A stretch of DNA of 64,000 bases from Octopus vulgaris (taxonomy: Eukaryota): NCBI GenBank assembly GCA_951406725.2, contig OX597818.1:41168001-41232000 (forward strand). Direction: 5' to 3'. The position numbers and the translations under genes were made by a program. Numbering within the stretch: position 1 is the first letter of the stretch; every line of letters starts with the position of its first letter. Shown one piece after another: positions 12,768-28,282 of this stretch. Below the pieces are notes generated by a model. It saw only the letters and a list, made by a program, of their open reading frames with translations. It was not told the origin of the DNA and ran no database searches.

Positions 12768-14082
12768 CACTACCACCACCACAACCACAACCACAACTAT
12801 CACAACCACCACAACCACTACTGGCACAGCCATCACAATCACCATCACTGCCACCATAACCACCACAACTACCACCGCTACAACCATCACAATCACCATA
12901 ACCACCACAACTACCACCGCTACAACCATCACAATCACCACCATTCCAACCAACCATCACAACCACTACAACCAGCACCGCCACAATCATCACAATCACC
13001 AACACCCCAACCAACATCACCACAACCACCACCGCCACCACATTGCTAACCCCATTTCCACCACCACAGCTACACCGAGTACTCGACCGTTAGAGCTACA
13101 ACCGCAACCGACAGCACCACTACCAACAAACCACTTCCACCATACTACCATCACAACCACTATCACAGCAGCGAATACTATCACCACCAACACCACCATC
13201 ACCACCACCACAACAACAACCTCTACGAACACTTCGTTCACAACGACCTTCACAACACCACTACAACAAGCTCCACAACCACCACCATTGCCTCTACAAG
13301 ACACCCCTATAACATTGCCACCATTACTGCAGCTGAAACTGCTGCAATAAAACGGATTGCAGCAAATATCGCATGTTCTGACAGCAGCAATAAAGACTGC
13401 AGTTTGCTGAGTGAAGTGCAGTCATGCAGCTTATATTGCAGGCAGCCCGATGTTTCAAAATTCAGTTTGTTGAAGCAGCATCAATCACGGCTTGTTAATA
13501 CTTCTCGTGGTTCTCCCGGTTTTACTACGACGACGACCATCGCTACGGCCATCGCCACAACTACTACCGCCACCACCGCCAGTCAGTTCCACCACCACCA
13601 GTCAATACCACCACCTTCACCACCAGTCAATATCACTACCACCTGTCAATTCCACCACCACCACCACTATCAGTCAATTCCAACACCGCCACTACCATCA
13701 GTCAATTCCACACCACCACCATCAGTCAATTCCAACACCACCACCACCATCAGTCAATTCCAATACCACCACCATCAGTCAATTCCACCACCACCATCAG
13801 TCAATTTCACCTCCCCCACAACTCAATTCCACCACCACCAGTCAATACACCATCACCATCACCAGTCAGTACCACCACCACCAGTCAATACCACCACCAT
13901 CACCACCAGTCAACATCACCACCACCACAACTCCATACCACCACCACCAGTCAATACCATCACCATTAGTCAATACCACCACCACCACAATATTCAATAC
14001 TACCACTACCAACACCATCAGTAAATACCACCACCACCTCCACAACCACCGCCATCCATACCACTCCTTCCGCCACCACACT
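12768..14082. repeat. CAC/CAA-rich low-complexity region, including an approximately 18-21-bp CCACCACCA(T)CAGTCAAT minisatellite (13575-14030)
   Basis: CAGTCAAT motifs recur, separated by (CCA)n. Confidence 0.85.
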
Positions 14083-14267
14083 TAACCTAATTCTATGTAA
14101 GCGTCACCATTTCTACTACAACCATCGTCAATTTTATATAATGTACCTCTGTCTTGTATTTTCAGTACTTACGGTATGATAAAAGAACTGAAAGAGGAAC
14201 TACACATTAGATAATGTCTTCTTCAATAAATTTTGCTGCAATAAAACTCGAGATGGTCACGGCAGGG

Positions 14268-14328
<61 letters not shown>

Positions 14329-14752
14329 ATTTTGTTTTAGGAAAACGTATAGCTTCTAAGTAGTTTCGAAAATAACAAACTCTACGTTTACGTATGAATA
14401 TATCAAATTGGTGTTCTAGCATGACTAGAACGAATTAAAACCTGTACATACATACATACATACATACATACATACATACATACATACATACATACATACA
14501 TACATACATACATACATACATACATACATACATACATACATACATACATACATACATACATACATACTTGCATACATAATTGCATGAGTGCGCGCGTGCA
14601 TGTATACACACATACATGCTTACATAAATGCATACATACATACGTATATAAATGCCTGCATACATACATCCATACATACGTGCATACATATAAACATATA
14701 TGAGTGTTTATGTACGTTTTATACATTTAATATGTATGCCAGTGTGTCTATT

Positions 14753-14904
<152 letters not shown>

Positions 14905-15100
14905 CATGGTGAATGTATCCAAGAATTCCCATTGGTCTAAAATCACTTTAGCTTTGCTTCTAAGGAATTGCAAGATCTTCAAGCATGACAGTCCGTGTTT
15001 GTTTTAATACGGCAATATCAATATTAAGTGGTTTTCTGCATCTTTTCACATACTGATTGTTAGAATGTAGTAGGGAAGTGCTCTTCTGCTTGCAGTATTG
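14905..15100 (-). mobile_element. Possible degraded LINE AP-endonuclease fragment
   Basis: The minus strand reads LNIDIAVLKQTR, similar to the APE motif LNIDIAALxETR. Only this short motif supports the call. Confidence 0.3.
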
Positions 15101-16676
15101 TCTATCAATACTTCAGTCAATCTTTCGTTGGGTTGGCATAGTCGGTCGATCGCTTGGCTGGTTTGTTGGTTTTGTTTTTCAATTTATTATTAAGCTATGA
15201 TTGTTCATTGAATACATGTCCATATATTGAATGTAAACATGGTTATTGGATAGGTATAATAATAGAATATAAACAATAAGACTTTCTTTTGTTTGAAATG
15301 GTTACGTGCTTTAGTCTCTGTCTGTATCCTTGTGGCGCATTGCAGCGGACGACTTTAAAATATGTGGAGGTATCGGCTTAATAGTAGTCTTTTTAGCTTA
15401 TGTATTGTAACTCAGGGGTGTTACTGTAGTTACAATGATGCGACTGAATTGGATTAACTGAATTAATGTAGATGTCGTTTTAGTAGAATAGGAATGGTGT
15501 ATTTACTGCAATGGAACATTGATGTGAAGAAAATGTCTTGACTTTGGCCTTAGGTTTTGGAAGCCAAAAGACTATCGTACATAAAGGAACAGTTTTCTAT
15601 TATCACCTTGACCAGTTGTTAATACATTTGGTCAAGGGCGATGCTTTTGTTTGTTATGACGTGAAAGGGGTGTTTCTCCATTATAGGATTTTAGTGATGT
15701 TAAGAATATTGGAATTCTACAAAAAGAAATTGCTTATAAATTTTATATATTGAGTGAAGTTTCAATGGAAGATGTTTATGAGAAGTCGATTGGAGCAGGA
15801 ATCGTTGAAACAAGTAACGTTTTTACATTCAGTGCCATTTTAAAACTATTCTTTGTCAATTTTCATTAAAAGAATCATCCGCATTTTCCAGGCATAGAAA
15901 GATGTCTTGTATGTCTTGTCTGTCTTGTATGGCCTCCATTTAAAAAGGACGTCGAAGTTAAAGGACGTGGTTAAATGGAGGATTATTTAACCTACGTGAG
16001 ACTAATAGCGACAGAAGAAAATGAATTGCTATAGGAGAGAGTAATTAAGTGTGAAAAAGTTTGAAAAAAATCAGTTAAAGACAGGTAAATAGACATCCCT
16101 AACAAAGTCAACAAAAGCCAGTACATGTTAACAAAGGATGCTCTACTTGATCACTTAAAATACTTGCCATACCTCTCCAAAATAACACCAAACTATCTTT
16201 AAAATAGATGACCACATTAGGTGATACGGTACCTGATAAACAATGTCAAAAAACAAAGAACGCCTGCATATTTGATCCTACTGCACGGCATTATGATACG
16301 TTTTGTTATAGTCTTGAGTTACCCCAAGTTGTGGGAGTGAAATTTGGTAAATAAAATTGTACAACCTATACAATGAGCACAGTAACTGCGCAGAAGACCG
16401 TTGTATAGATCGTACTGTATTTCAAAGGTCCACTCGTGTCATGTATTACCACACTGATTGGGAATTATGTTAAGGGTACACGTATCCGTACAATACTCAG
16501 CCACTTACCCGTTAATTTAATTTAAACACATCGTACTTTCTGTTGCGTAAACAACTGAAGGATCGTAGTTGAAACCGATGGATGTCATATCTCAAAGAAA
16601 AAGAGGCTAGGTCATGGCTAGGTTGCTTTTGATCATAGCGACCGGGGATTAAGCAATAATAACAAACTATGTATAT

Positions 16677-16927
16677 CAGTGATTTTCAAATGGCGTCCAT
16701 ATGATCCTTAAGGGATCCATATATGATACTATCGCTAAAATTTATGTGCAATAACTTAGTTATACTTCTACGAGATACAAACGATCTTAACAATATTTTA
16801 CACAATTCATAATGATATTTAATCATAAAAATATAATAGATTTTTTTTGAAAACATCAAATGTCTATGACGGTCCAGTAGAGAAAAATAGGAACCAAAGA
16901 GCTCCATAGAATGGTTGAGAACCACTG
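16677..16927. mobile_element. hAT(Charlie)-like MITE
   Basis: The ends CAGTGATTTTCAA and TTGAGAACCACTG are imperfect TIRs of hAT type. The 8-bp flanks ATGTATAT and ATTTGTAT match at 6/8, consistent with a decayed TSD. Confidence 0.7.
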
Positions 16928-17070
16928 ATTTGTATCCTACTATTAAACAGAATCCCCTCCGCTGTCTTCACCACATTCAGCATCGCGAAGACAAACATCA
17001 GAGTAGAGATTTCTATTATAACAGAAAGTATAACCAACGGCACCGCCAACAACACCACCATCAACAACAA

Positions 17071-17071
17071 C

Positions 17072-17153
<82 letters not shown>

Positions 17154-17293
17154 ATAGTAGTAGTAGTAGTAGTAGTAGTAGTAGCAGCAGCAGCAACAGC
17201 AACAGCAGCAGCAGCAGTAGCAGTAGTAGTAGCAGCAGTAGCAGCAACAGCAGCAGCAACAGCAACAGCAGCAGCAGCAGCAGCAGTAGCAGC

Positions 17294-17349
<56 letters not shown>

Positions 17350-17357
17350 CAGCAACA
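17071..17357. repeat. (TAG)n/(CAG)n trinucleotide array
   Basis: Direct inspection. Confidence 0.95.
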
Positions 17358-17675
17358 GCGAGCACTGACAAATAATCTATTCGTTTATCAGTGCAGCGAA
17401 GACAAGTTGACTCCACTTGACAGATTTTTCATTGGCGAATGAATCATTCTTAAACAGAACAGACATCCTAAAACTCCATCAAACTCGCATTTATCGTTAA
17501 GGGTGCGGGAACGAAGCCAAAAAGGAAGTAAATTGCTGTGAGAATAGCTACAGATTACAGGACTTAGTGATGCTAGAGACTTGCTATTTCGCTTCATTTG
17601 CTTACTTTTGTTTATGGCTTCTGAAACACTAGACTGATCATCGCCATTTTCGTTCGCCATTATCGATTGATCCTC

Positions 17676-18878
<1,203 letters not shown>

Positions 18879-19969
18879 TAACTGGAATGGTAAGTTTCTT
18901 CTGAAATTTCTACAGTAGGTCGGTATCGTAGCCAAAAGTTTAAAAAGGATTTACACAGCGACTCGTTTCTAACGCAATGAGAACGGAAAATGATATTCCT
19001 GGTGCGTGGACGGACGACCACTGCACACAGATAAATACACAGATTAATAGTTAGGATGAATTCATGTGCCAGATCTGTATTTGACACGGGGATCATAGTT
19101 GATCTCAGGCGATGAAATCTTGCTATTGCGTTCTTCTTCACGACACCTTATCAGCCATTTGGATCGTAGTGCTAGAGCTCTCAAAAATTCCTATCATCAA
19201 TACGAGGTTCTAAAGATCCAGCACTCAGATCAACCGATCGTTTAAGCGTTTGTATTTTTTCAGCGAGCTGGCAGAACTGTTAGTGCGTCGGCAAAGTTAT
19301 GGTATTTCTGCGGGTTCTTTCCATTCTGTGTTCAAGTTCTGCTGTGGTAATTTTTGCCTTTCGTCCTTAAGTACCAATCAGATATTGGAGTCGATGTAAT
19401 CTACTTAACTCTCTCCTAAAACTGACGGCCTTGTACCAAAATTTAACATAATCTTTCATTGACATCGTATGCGTCGTTTCAGAGGACAAGCTAATTCTTA
19501 GTGTATAAGTCCACCTAGGAATATGTAAATATCGAAGAATATTTTTATTGTCTGGCTGCTTGGTGTTAGTTATTTTGAGTATGGCTATGCAAAGGCATCA
19601 TTTTCAAGGGATTTTTATCTGCTGAATTTGAACTAAGAATAGAGAACGGAAAATTTTTGCTAATCATCTTAAGCAGTGTGCTAACGATTCTACCAGCTCG
19701 TCGGCTTGTGCCCGCTATATAATTAAAAGTTTCTGCGTAAGTGGCCTCAGTTCCCTAATGAATTATGTTCCTTCTAAGGCACTGGTTAGCTAACGAACAT
19801 TCAAAAAGGGCTCCACAATTACTTAAAATGAGAGAGGGCTCACTGTACGGAGTCTTATTAAAGGTCATAGATCTCTAACAGATGTGTGTAGAGAATTAAG
19901 TGTACAGACGAAATGAAAGATAATGCAACGCGTTTACGGAGCGTTTTTATTCATTTATTAATTTATTCA

Positions 19970-20355
19970 TATTCTTTTTTGCTCTAGGCACAAGGCCCGA
20001 AATTTGGAGGGAGAGGGCCAGTCGATTATATCGACCCCATTACGTAACTGGTACTTAATTTATCGACCCCGAAAAGATGGATGGCGGTATTTGAACTCAG
20101 AACGTAAAGTCAGACGAAATACCTATTTCTTTATTACCCACTGCTGGCTAAACACAGAGGAGCCAAACAAGGACAGACAGACGGATTAAGTCGATTATAT
20201 CGAAACCAGTGCGTAACTGGTACTTAATTTATCGACCCCGAAAGGATTAACGGCAAAATCGACCTCGGCGGAATTTAAACTCAGAATGTAACGGCAGATG
20301 AAATACCGCTAAGCATTTCGCCCGGCGTGCTAACGTTTCTGCCAGCTCGCCGCCT
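19970..20355 (-). mobile_element. SINE family A, dimeric form
   Basis: Two tandem A-family monomers with different tails, on the minus strand. Confidence 0.85.
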
Positions 20356-20357
20356 TA

Positions 20358-20592
20358 TTGTCTGTTCCTTCTCAAACCACGCTTGACTCATTAGGGCCGG
20401 TTTCCCGGTTTCCTTGGAAAGAGTGGGAGAAAGTTGCGGCGAAAGAGTCAGCAGAAGTTCGCCACTATCTTCTGCCGGAGCCGCGTAGAGCTTAGGTGTT
20501 TCACTCATAAACACACATATCGCTCGGTCTGAGATTCGAACCCGCGATCCCTCAACCGCGAGTCCAAGAACCACTAGGCCATATGCCTCCAC
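20358..20592 (-). mobile_element. SINE family D with an internal deletion
   Basis: Colinear with 11005-11276. Confidence 0.8.
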
Positions 20593-20985
20593 TTGCCGCC
20601 TTATTGATTTATTCATATTATCAATTTGACCCAATTCGTCCATCTTTACGTTCTGACTTCATATTCCGCCGACTTTGCTTTTCATCCTTTCGGAGCCAAT
20701 AAAGTAAGTACCAGCTGAACACTGAAGTCGCTGTAATTGATGTAACCCTTCCCAGAAATTGCTGGCCCTGGGCCAAAATTTGACTCAGTCTCAGAATTTC
20801 ATTACTTAAAGTATCAAGAGTCTAAGAAAAACAGTCATGGGTGTTTCGCATGTTATGTGAAATAAACAAACGATCGGATTTTTTTTTTCTTTCATCTGTA
20901 GGTAAACAGATTCAGTGTCAAATGATTATAGACACACGCGCACACACAGACACGCAGACACGCACATACACACACAAATATTATG

Positions 20986-21132
<147 letters not shown>

Positions 21133-21233
21133 GTATGTATATATATACATTTTTATCATTATTCTTTTACAAAAACAATGCAATTTTCTTTTTTTCCCCT
21201 TTCTAATTTTTAAAAAACTTTTTAAAACATAAA

Positions 21234-21274
21234 TATTCTTGACAAGTCATACAATGACGAAAACCGGTTGAATA
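21234..21274 (+). ncRNA. Degenerate minimal hammerhead-like motif
   Basis: Reads tattc TTGACAA gtca tacaa tgac GAAA ACCGG TT gaata. Confidence 0.45.
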
Positions 21275-21479
21275 AATATATATTTATATATTTTATCAAT
21301 TTCTCATTTTATTAAAATTTTCTTTCATTTAGCATTCTGCATTTTTAAAAAATTTTTCCTTACTTATCATTTCTCCACGTGCGGTCAACACAACCCCACC
21401 ATTTATTGATCTATATATATATATATATATATATAAATACATACATATATATATATATATACACAAATATATACGTGTA

Positions 21480-21545
<66 letters not shown>

Positions 21546-22802
21546 TCATACATGTATATATTTGTGTGTGTGTAAACACACACTCACACATATACAGAGA
21601 AAATCGGTGGACACATTAATACGGAGATAGAAGCGGGATAAGGTGAAAGAAAGGAAGAGAGAGAGAGGGAGAGAGAGAGAGCGCGCGAAATAGGTAGAAT
21701 GAGAGAGAGTGTGAGAGAGAGATGATTCTGAAAGTACGACAAAGAACGAAGAACAGAAATAGCAAGAAAAGCAAGCAAACAAACAAAGAAACAAGCAAAC
21801 AAATACACTAGAAAATTAGTTTTTCGAGCTTTCGTAGGACTGCGGGAAATCACTTTGGAATCCTGCTTAATACCACTAAAGACAGCTATCAATCCAGATG
21901 ACCGTTTGGGTGGAGTTTTATCGATGTCATCTTAAACGCGCTATAAAGTGAGATTGTATCGCGAGAGAAGAGCTTTCTTTCTTCCTATTTCTTTCTTTAC
22001 ATTTTCCTTCTTCCCGCGTATTTTTCTTAATTCCTCTTTCCCCTGCATCACCGTCTCTGTTTTTATTTCTATCGCTCCTTTTCTATCTACATCTTAATAG
22101 TAAGACTTCTCAGAATACGTCGACTCGCTTTTTTCACTTTACTTTGAACTGTGCGAAAGAAAAGAAAACGATTGAAAAGATATAAAAAAGAGAAACGAGA
22201 AAGAATGAAAATGTAAGCCGTAGACTGCTAAAGATGATGAAAGACTTAGTTCTTTATCTTCGTCAATTTTCAGGAAATAAAATGGTATTTCCAGAGCTAA
22301 CGGGATCCGCATTGAATGTGATGTGTTACAATTTATTGAGTCTGAATAAGATTCCTAATGATTTATTGTGTCTCTGGAAGTAAGAGTGTTCTGCAGCGAA
22401 ATGTCACTTGTCGACTATGAGCTAAACTGACGTCTACATTATCTTAAATCTGCAATATATTCTCAAGAAAACTGACATACATATACACACATACATACAC
22501 ACACACACAGATATATATGAATGTATAAATGTATATATATATATGTGTGTGTGCGTGTATATATATGCATACATTCATTCATAGTGACATATACACTACA
22601 GAAGCATGTTTGTATATTTTGTAATATCGAGTATATCAGCAGAAATTGTAAAAAAATACGCCATCCATCAATCATTTTTAAGCGTAAAATTTCTTCAGAA
22701 TTTATGGCAGTCAACTGTCTCCGTGAGAAAATGTTTGTTTTCGTCTTCTTTTTTATCTTTCACCTTTGTTTCTGTCACTTTTTGTCTTCCTTATTTTATC
22801 CG

Positions 22803-22834
<32 letters not shown>

Positions 22835-24354
22835 CTTTAGATTGCCACAAATTTGATGAAGTACGTCACTGCAAATAGTCTCTGATTAGTTTCAAGGGAA
22901 ATAAGTATTGCAAGACTAACTCTTTCATCATGTCCTTTCTCCTGTTTTTTTTTTACGTCATAGATGTAGTGTAGGCTTACGTTTTTATATTCTTGCATTT
23001 TTCTTCTTCTTTTAGTATAAAATTCATTCATATTTCATGCTTTGCACGCAGAACAGCGAGAATCCAAACAATAAAGTATCTGTTCATGCTTAATATGATC
23101 TTGTACATTCGAACGTGAATATCTCATCGCTGATTTCTTTACACTCTCGATGAACGCCTCCTCATTTTAGCCCACGTGATCTTTGGGGGACCATGAAATA
23201 TTTTGTTGCTAAATTAATTTAGTATATATAAATTACAGTATGTGTGTGTGCGTGTGTGTGTGTGTGCGTGTGTATGTGTATAATGACTAACGCATACATT
23301 TCACAATTCTCAACAGATTTTCACCAAACTTTACGCAATACAGTACTTATGTTCCAAGGAAGGTCATGCACTATAACATTTTGCCTAGAGCTCCCGCGTA
23401 TATGGACCTAAATGGACATGGCTTTTTTGTATGTAGGGTCTTCCATACATTTTTAATTTTTATATAAAAGTGAAAGAATTTTGTCTATTTATTTCACTCT
23501 CCACCTGCCACGCTGATTAAATTGACTAGGAACATTGTACGCGATGACTATCCAATACCAAACAATCTTAATCTCCATATTGAAACTGAATTAAACTTTG
23601 GCAAGCTTACCTTTACTTATTCTGAGTTACTTGAAAGGTGATGTTCCCTTCCCTCTCTTCTATTTGTTGATACCTTTGTTTATCTACCAATGCGTTGTTT
23701 CACTTTAAGGATGCTTATTTACCCATCAATTATGATATTTCGACTGCTGTCCATTGTTTCAAATAGGTTTTAGCATAGTCATTCTAGCCTTTTTTTTAAA
23801 CACTCATATATGATTCATCCCAAAGAATCAACCTTTAAATAAGAGTTTTGCTTCCACTAGCGAAAGCAATACGTATCTTTCAGAAAGCTCCATACCAATT
23901 TAACTTTATGCCGCATTCGTTGTTAGTTTACGCGCAGGCTATATGGGAAGACAGAATACAGGGGCTTTTGTTAGCTTATCTCTCCGAAAAAATAGCTCCC
24001 TTTGCTGTTGAAGTAAATAAACTTTCAGAGTGGAAGTTTCAACGTCTTCCTTCAATTTCATTACGCCATTTATGTGACTGTTTCTCACAAGAAATTTCGC
24101 TTTCATGTAAAAACAACTATATTTTGTAGTCATTATCCGAAATCTACACCAAAAACACTTCAGTAGGTCTACTTTTCATCGCTTGCAAACTTATATGTTT
24201 TATGATCATTAAAGTGCAACGACCTCCACAGTAACCAGCCTTCAATTTGATTTTCCGTTCCTAGGCTACTCATAAACCTTCTCGGTAGTTCAATGATTTG
24301 GTGAAAAAAATACCATCAAAGCAACTTAAACAATACCCAGAGTACGGGTGCGTT

Positions 24355-24546
24355 TGCTAGTGTGCAATAAATTGGTTATTCTTTTACAATACACAAAATA
24401 TTTTAACAATCGTTGTATATAATCCCCAATAATAGTTTTTAAAAATATGGGGGTTTTTTTAAACATTGAGTGGCTATGGAAATCCAGTAGAGTAAAATAG
24501 AGATCAAAGGGGTCCATAGGTAAAAATAAATGGTTGAAAACCATTG
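24355..24546. mobile_element. Second, partial copy of the same hAT-like MITE
   Basis: It is colinear with 16745-16927 (tgtgcaataa...ccagtagag...aaaatag...ccatag...atggttgaaaaccattg). Confidence 0.65.
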
Positions 24547-25360
24547 TTTTAGGCGATGTGTACTCTCAACATACGAGATTGACCAGGTTCAACGGAGTAA
24601 TGGAACTTTACACACCGCCATTTTTCGACCTGACTGTATTGCACTCGTCAAACAGGCTCTTGTTTATGGAAATCAGAAAATTATTTGTTGATGCGTGTTA
24701 ATATCTGCTACACACATGATAATTCATGAGGTGTATTATGAACAGCGATAATCGAAATTATTAATGTATCTATTCATTCATAATACATTCTGGTAGGTTC
24801 AGACGTAAATATCTGATCGCCGTTGTTTTCCCTCATCGGAGAACAGCTCCACCCTTTAGACGATGTGTTTTATAACATACGCGATACACTGATTTACCGG
24901 TATAATGGCACTTTGAGACGCTGCAATGTTTCGACCTCGCTGCGTGTCTCCAATCAGTCGATTGATCAAACTCCAGTCAGTTTCTGAATGCTGTGTACAA
25001 TGTCTAAAGCCGAAAAGCCACCAGCCTGCGAGAACTGAATATATACATATATAAATGAAAATGTAGCTGTGCTGCGTTTTATGTTGCCTTTTTGTCGGTG
25101 GAGATCCATATCGTGTCAACACCGTGTGTTTCGTGATGTAAACCATCTGTAACGATAATTGCTAATTTACCTTATTAAGTAGCCTTTTAGTTGGTTTGAT
25201 GGTTGCTTTATTGATTGTGTGGCTCTGTGATTCAGTAATTCAGTGGTCGCTGTGTTCTCCAGCCAAATGGCCTCTTATGATATGTGAATGCGGCGTGTGT
25301 TTGTCTATGTATGTGTGCGTAAGTGGTGGTTCCGTGTGTAACTATATAGGCGTATCTGTC

Positions 25361-25402
<42 letters not shown>

Positions 25403-25430
25403 TACATGTATATATATGTATATATATATG

Positions 25431-25469
<39 letters not shown>

Positions 25470-25529
25470 ATATATATATATGTATATATATATGTGTATA
25501 TGTATATATATATATATATATAAACATAT

Positions 25530-25563
<34 letters not shown>

Positions 25564-25600
25564 ACATATATACATGTATGTATATATGTATATATATATG

Positions 25601-25663
<63 letters not shown>

Positions 25664-25863
25664 GCACATATATATATATATATATACGTATAACGCCACA
25701 CGGCAATAGATATAAGCCAACACACATACACACACGAAAATACATGCGCACATACATGCGCGTGCACACACGCGCACACACACATGCACACACACACGCA
25801 CACACACATGCACACACACACGCACACACACACGTGCGTACAACACCATGCACACTTACAGTT

Positions 25864-25896
<33 letters not shown>

Positions 25897-26365
25897 TGTC
25901 TGTCTGTCTGTCTGTCTGTCAATGTGACTGTGTCAAACGTGTGAGCGTACAAGCGTACGTGCGTACGCCATCGCGCGCGCGTGCGTGTTTGTTCGTAAGT
26001 GCGTGCAGAGAGCTGGAGGCAGGAAGAGGTACGAGGCAAATGTTTTGCTTGATGTCTCTCGAGTATTCTGTTCACACATTACTGTAATCGACAAGCCGAT
26101 TACATCTAGATGGGGAGAGAGCAACCAAATTAACTGCATATCAAAACTTAATATAAATACTGTTTAGCGGCAACGAGCGTTCTTTCCCAAGGGAGGGGGG
26201 GGTGAGGAAAAACCAACTTCAAATATTAGCTAGTTTACTGGACTGGTACAGGAAGACGGTATCGCGCATGCGTATCAATCAATAATGCGGCTGGAATTAC
26301 GAAGTGAGAAAGCGAGATCGATGAAAGGGAGATATGAAGATTGGCATGACGGGAGAGAGAGAGAG

Positions 26366-26806
26366 AAAGACAGAGAGACAGAGAGACAGAAAGACAGAGA
26401 GACAGAGAGACAGAGAGACAGAGAAACAGAAAGACAGAGAGACAGAGAGACAGAAAGACAGAGAGACAGAGAGACAGAGAGACAGAAAGACAGAGAGACA
26501 GAGAGACAGAGAGACAGAAAGACAGAGAGACAGAGAGACAGAAAGACAGAGAGACAGAGAGACAGAAAGACAGAGAGACAGAGAGACAGAAAGACAGAGA
26601 GACAGAGAGACAGAGAGACAGAGAGACAGAGAGACAGAGAGACAGAGAGACAGAGAGACAGAGAGACAGAAAGACAGAGAGACAGAGAGACAGAGAGACA
26701 GAAAGACAGAGAGACAGAGAGACAGAAAGACAGAGAGACAGAGAGACAGAAAGACAGAGAGACAGAGAGACAGAAAGACAGAGAGACAGAGAGACAGAAA
26801 GACAGA
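26366..26806. repeat. 8-bp (GACAGAGA/GACAGAAA)n tandem array
   Basis: Direct inspection. Confidence 0.95.
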
Positions 26807-27188
26807 GGGAGAGGAAGAGGGTGAGAAAGAGAAAGGGAGTGAGAGGAGGAGAGGGAAACAGACACACAAAGAGTGAGATGGGAAACGGATGAAGAAAAGT
26901 ATAGGCACGGACTGTATTGAGGAAACAAGTGCAAAGGGGAAACTAGTGAGGATGAGAGGGGGAGGTATTGAAGCAGCTAGAAAGTGTATGTGTATGTGAG
27001 TGTGCATGTATGTGCGTGCGTATGTGAGATAATATATGCTTTTGTGGGGGTGGGCAAAAACTAGCTATGTTAATGAAATTGGTCTTGGGAGTATGGATTT
27101 AGGGTATATATGTTCATATATATATATATATTTATGGAAAAAAAAGGTCAAGATAGAAATGCTAAAATAATTTTATAAAAACACATTT

Positions 27189-27224
27189 CAGTACCGGTTT
27201 CAGTCATTGAGACTTTTTCAGCTG
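27189..27224 (-). ncRNA. Minimal type I hammerhead-ribozyme-like motif (G8A variant)
   Basis: The minus strand reads cag CTGAAAA agtc tcaat gact GAAA CCGG TA ctg. Confidence 0.6.
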
Positions 27225-27329
27225 TAAGAATGGAAAACAATTAAATTTTGGAAAAATTAAAAGAAAAGTACTTTTTAAAGAATATTTGCATAGTGTTCAA
27301 ATACAAGTGGCATTTTCCTTGTTTCTGCC

Positions 27330-27425
<96 letters not shown>

Positions 27426-27476
27426 ACTCTTGTGGGTTCGAGGTCGTTGTGTTATATAATATACATATACATATAT

Positions 27477-27531
<55 letters not shown>

Positions 27532-27569
27532 CGTATATGTGTGTATTTTTCTTTTACTTTTTTCTGTCA

Positions 27570-27935
27570 AGCTGGGGCGCCACCTTTAAGAACATTTTGT
27601 CGATTGAGTCGATCCCAATACTTTTAATTTTTCAAAGGCCTGGTACTTATTCTATTGGTTACTTTTGCCGAACAGTTAAGTTACTGGGACGTAAACACAG
27701 CAACACTGGTTGGCTAGGGGTGATGGGAGAGAATTCCAGACACAAAGGCACAAGCACACGCACGTGCCTGCGTGTATGTGTGTGGGGGGGGGACGTGATT
27801 CTTTCAGTTTCCGTCTACCAAATCCACTCACAGCGGTTTGTTTGACCCGAGGCTATAGTAGCGGACACTTGCCCAAGGTGCCATGCAGTAGGACTGAACC
27901 CGGAACAATGCAAACTTCTTACCACACAGCCACGT
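27570..27935 (-). mobile_element. SINE family B, diverged
   Basis: Reverse complement of family B, for example CTTTCAGTTTCCGTCTACCAAATCCACTCACA and GACACTTGCCCAAGGTGCCA. Confidence 0.75.
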
Positions 27936-28282
27936 CTGCGCTTTTATGTGTATATAAAAGGATAAAGATCTTTCTCAAGATAGGGCCGGTTTTAGTGGCG
28001 CATATATATTCCTCCCTGGACGGGACGCCGGTTTGACGCAGGATTACTCAGTGGACCTGGAATTAATGTTTTGCTGAAGAAGACAGCGCATCGCCCTGTT
28101 CAGGAATTGAAACCACAATCTTACGATCATGTATTCAATGCCCTAATCCACGCGCCTTCTCGTACACAAATACACACACACATATACACATACACACACA
28201 CACATACATTGTTATATTTCGGGTTGGTAACTATATACTCGTTCTTCACTCGTTTATTAATGTTCTTTTAGCTGATGTCCAC

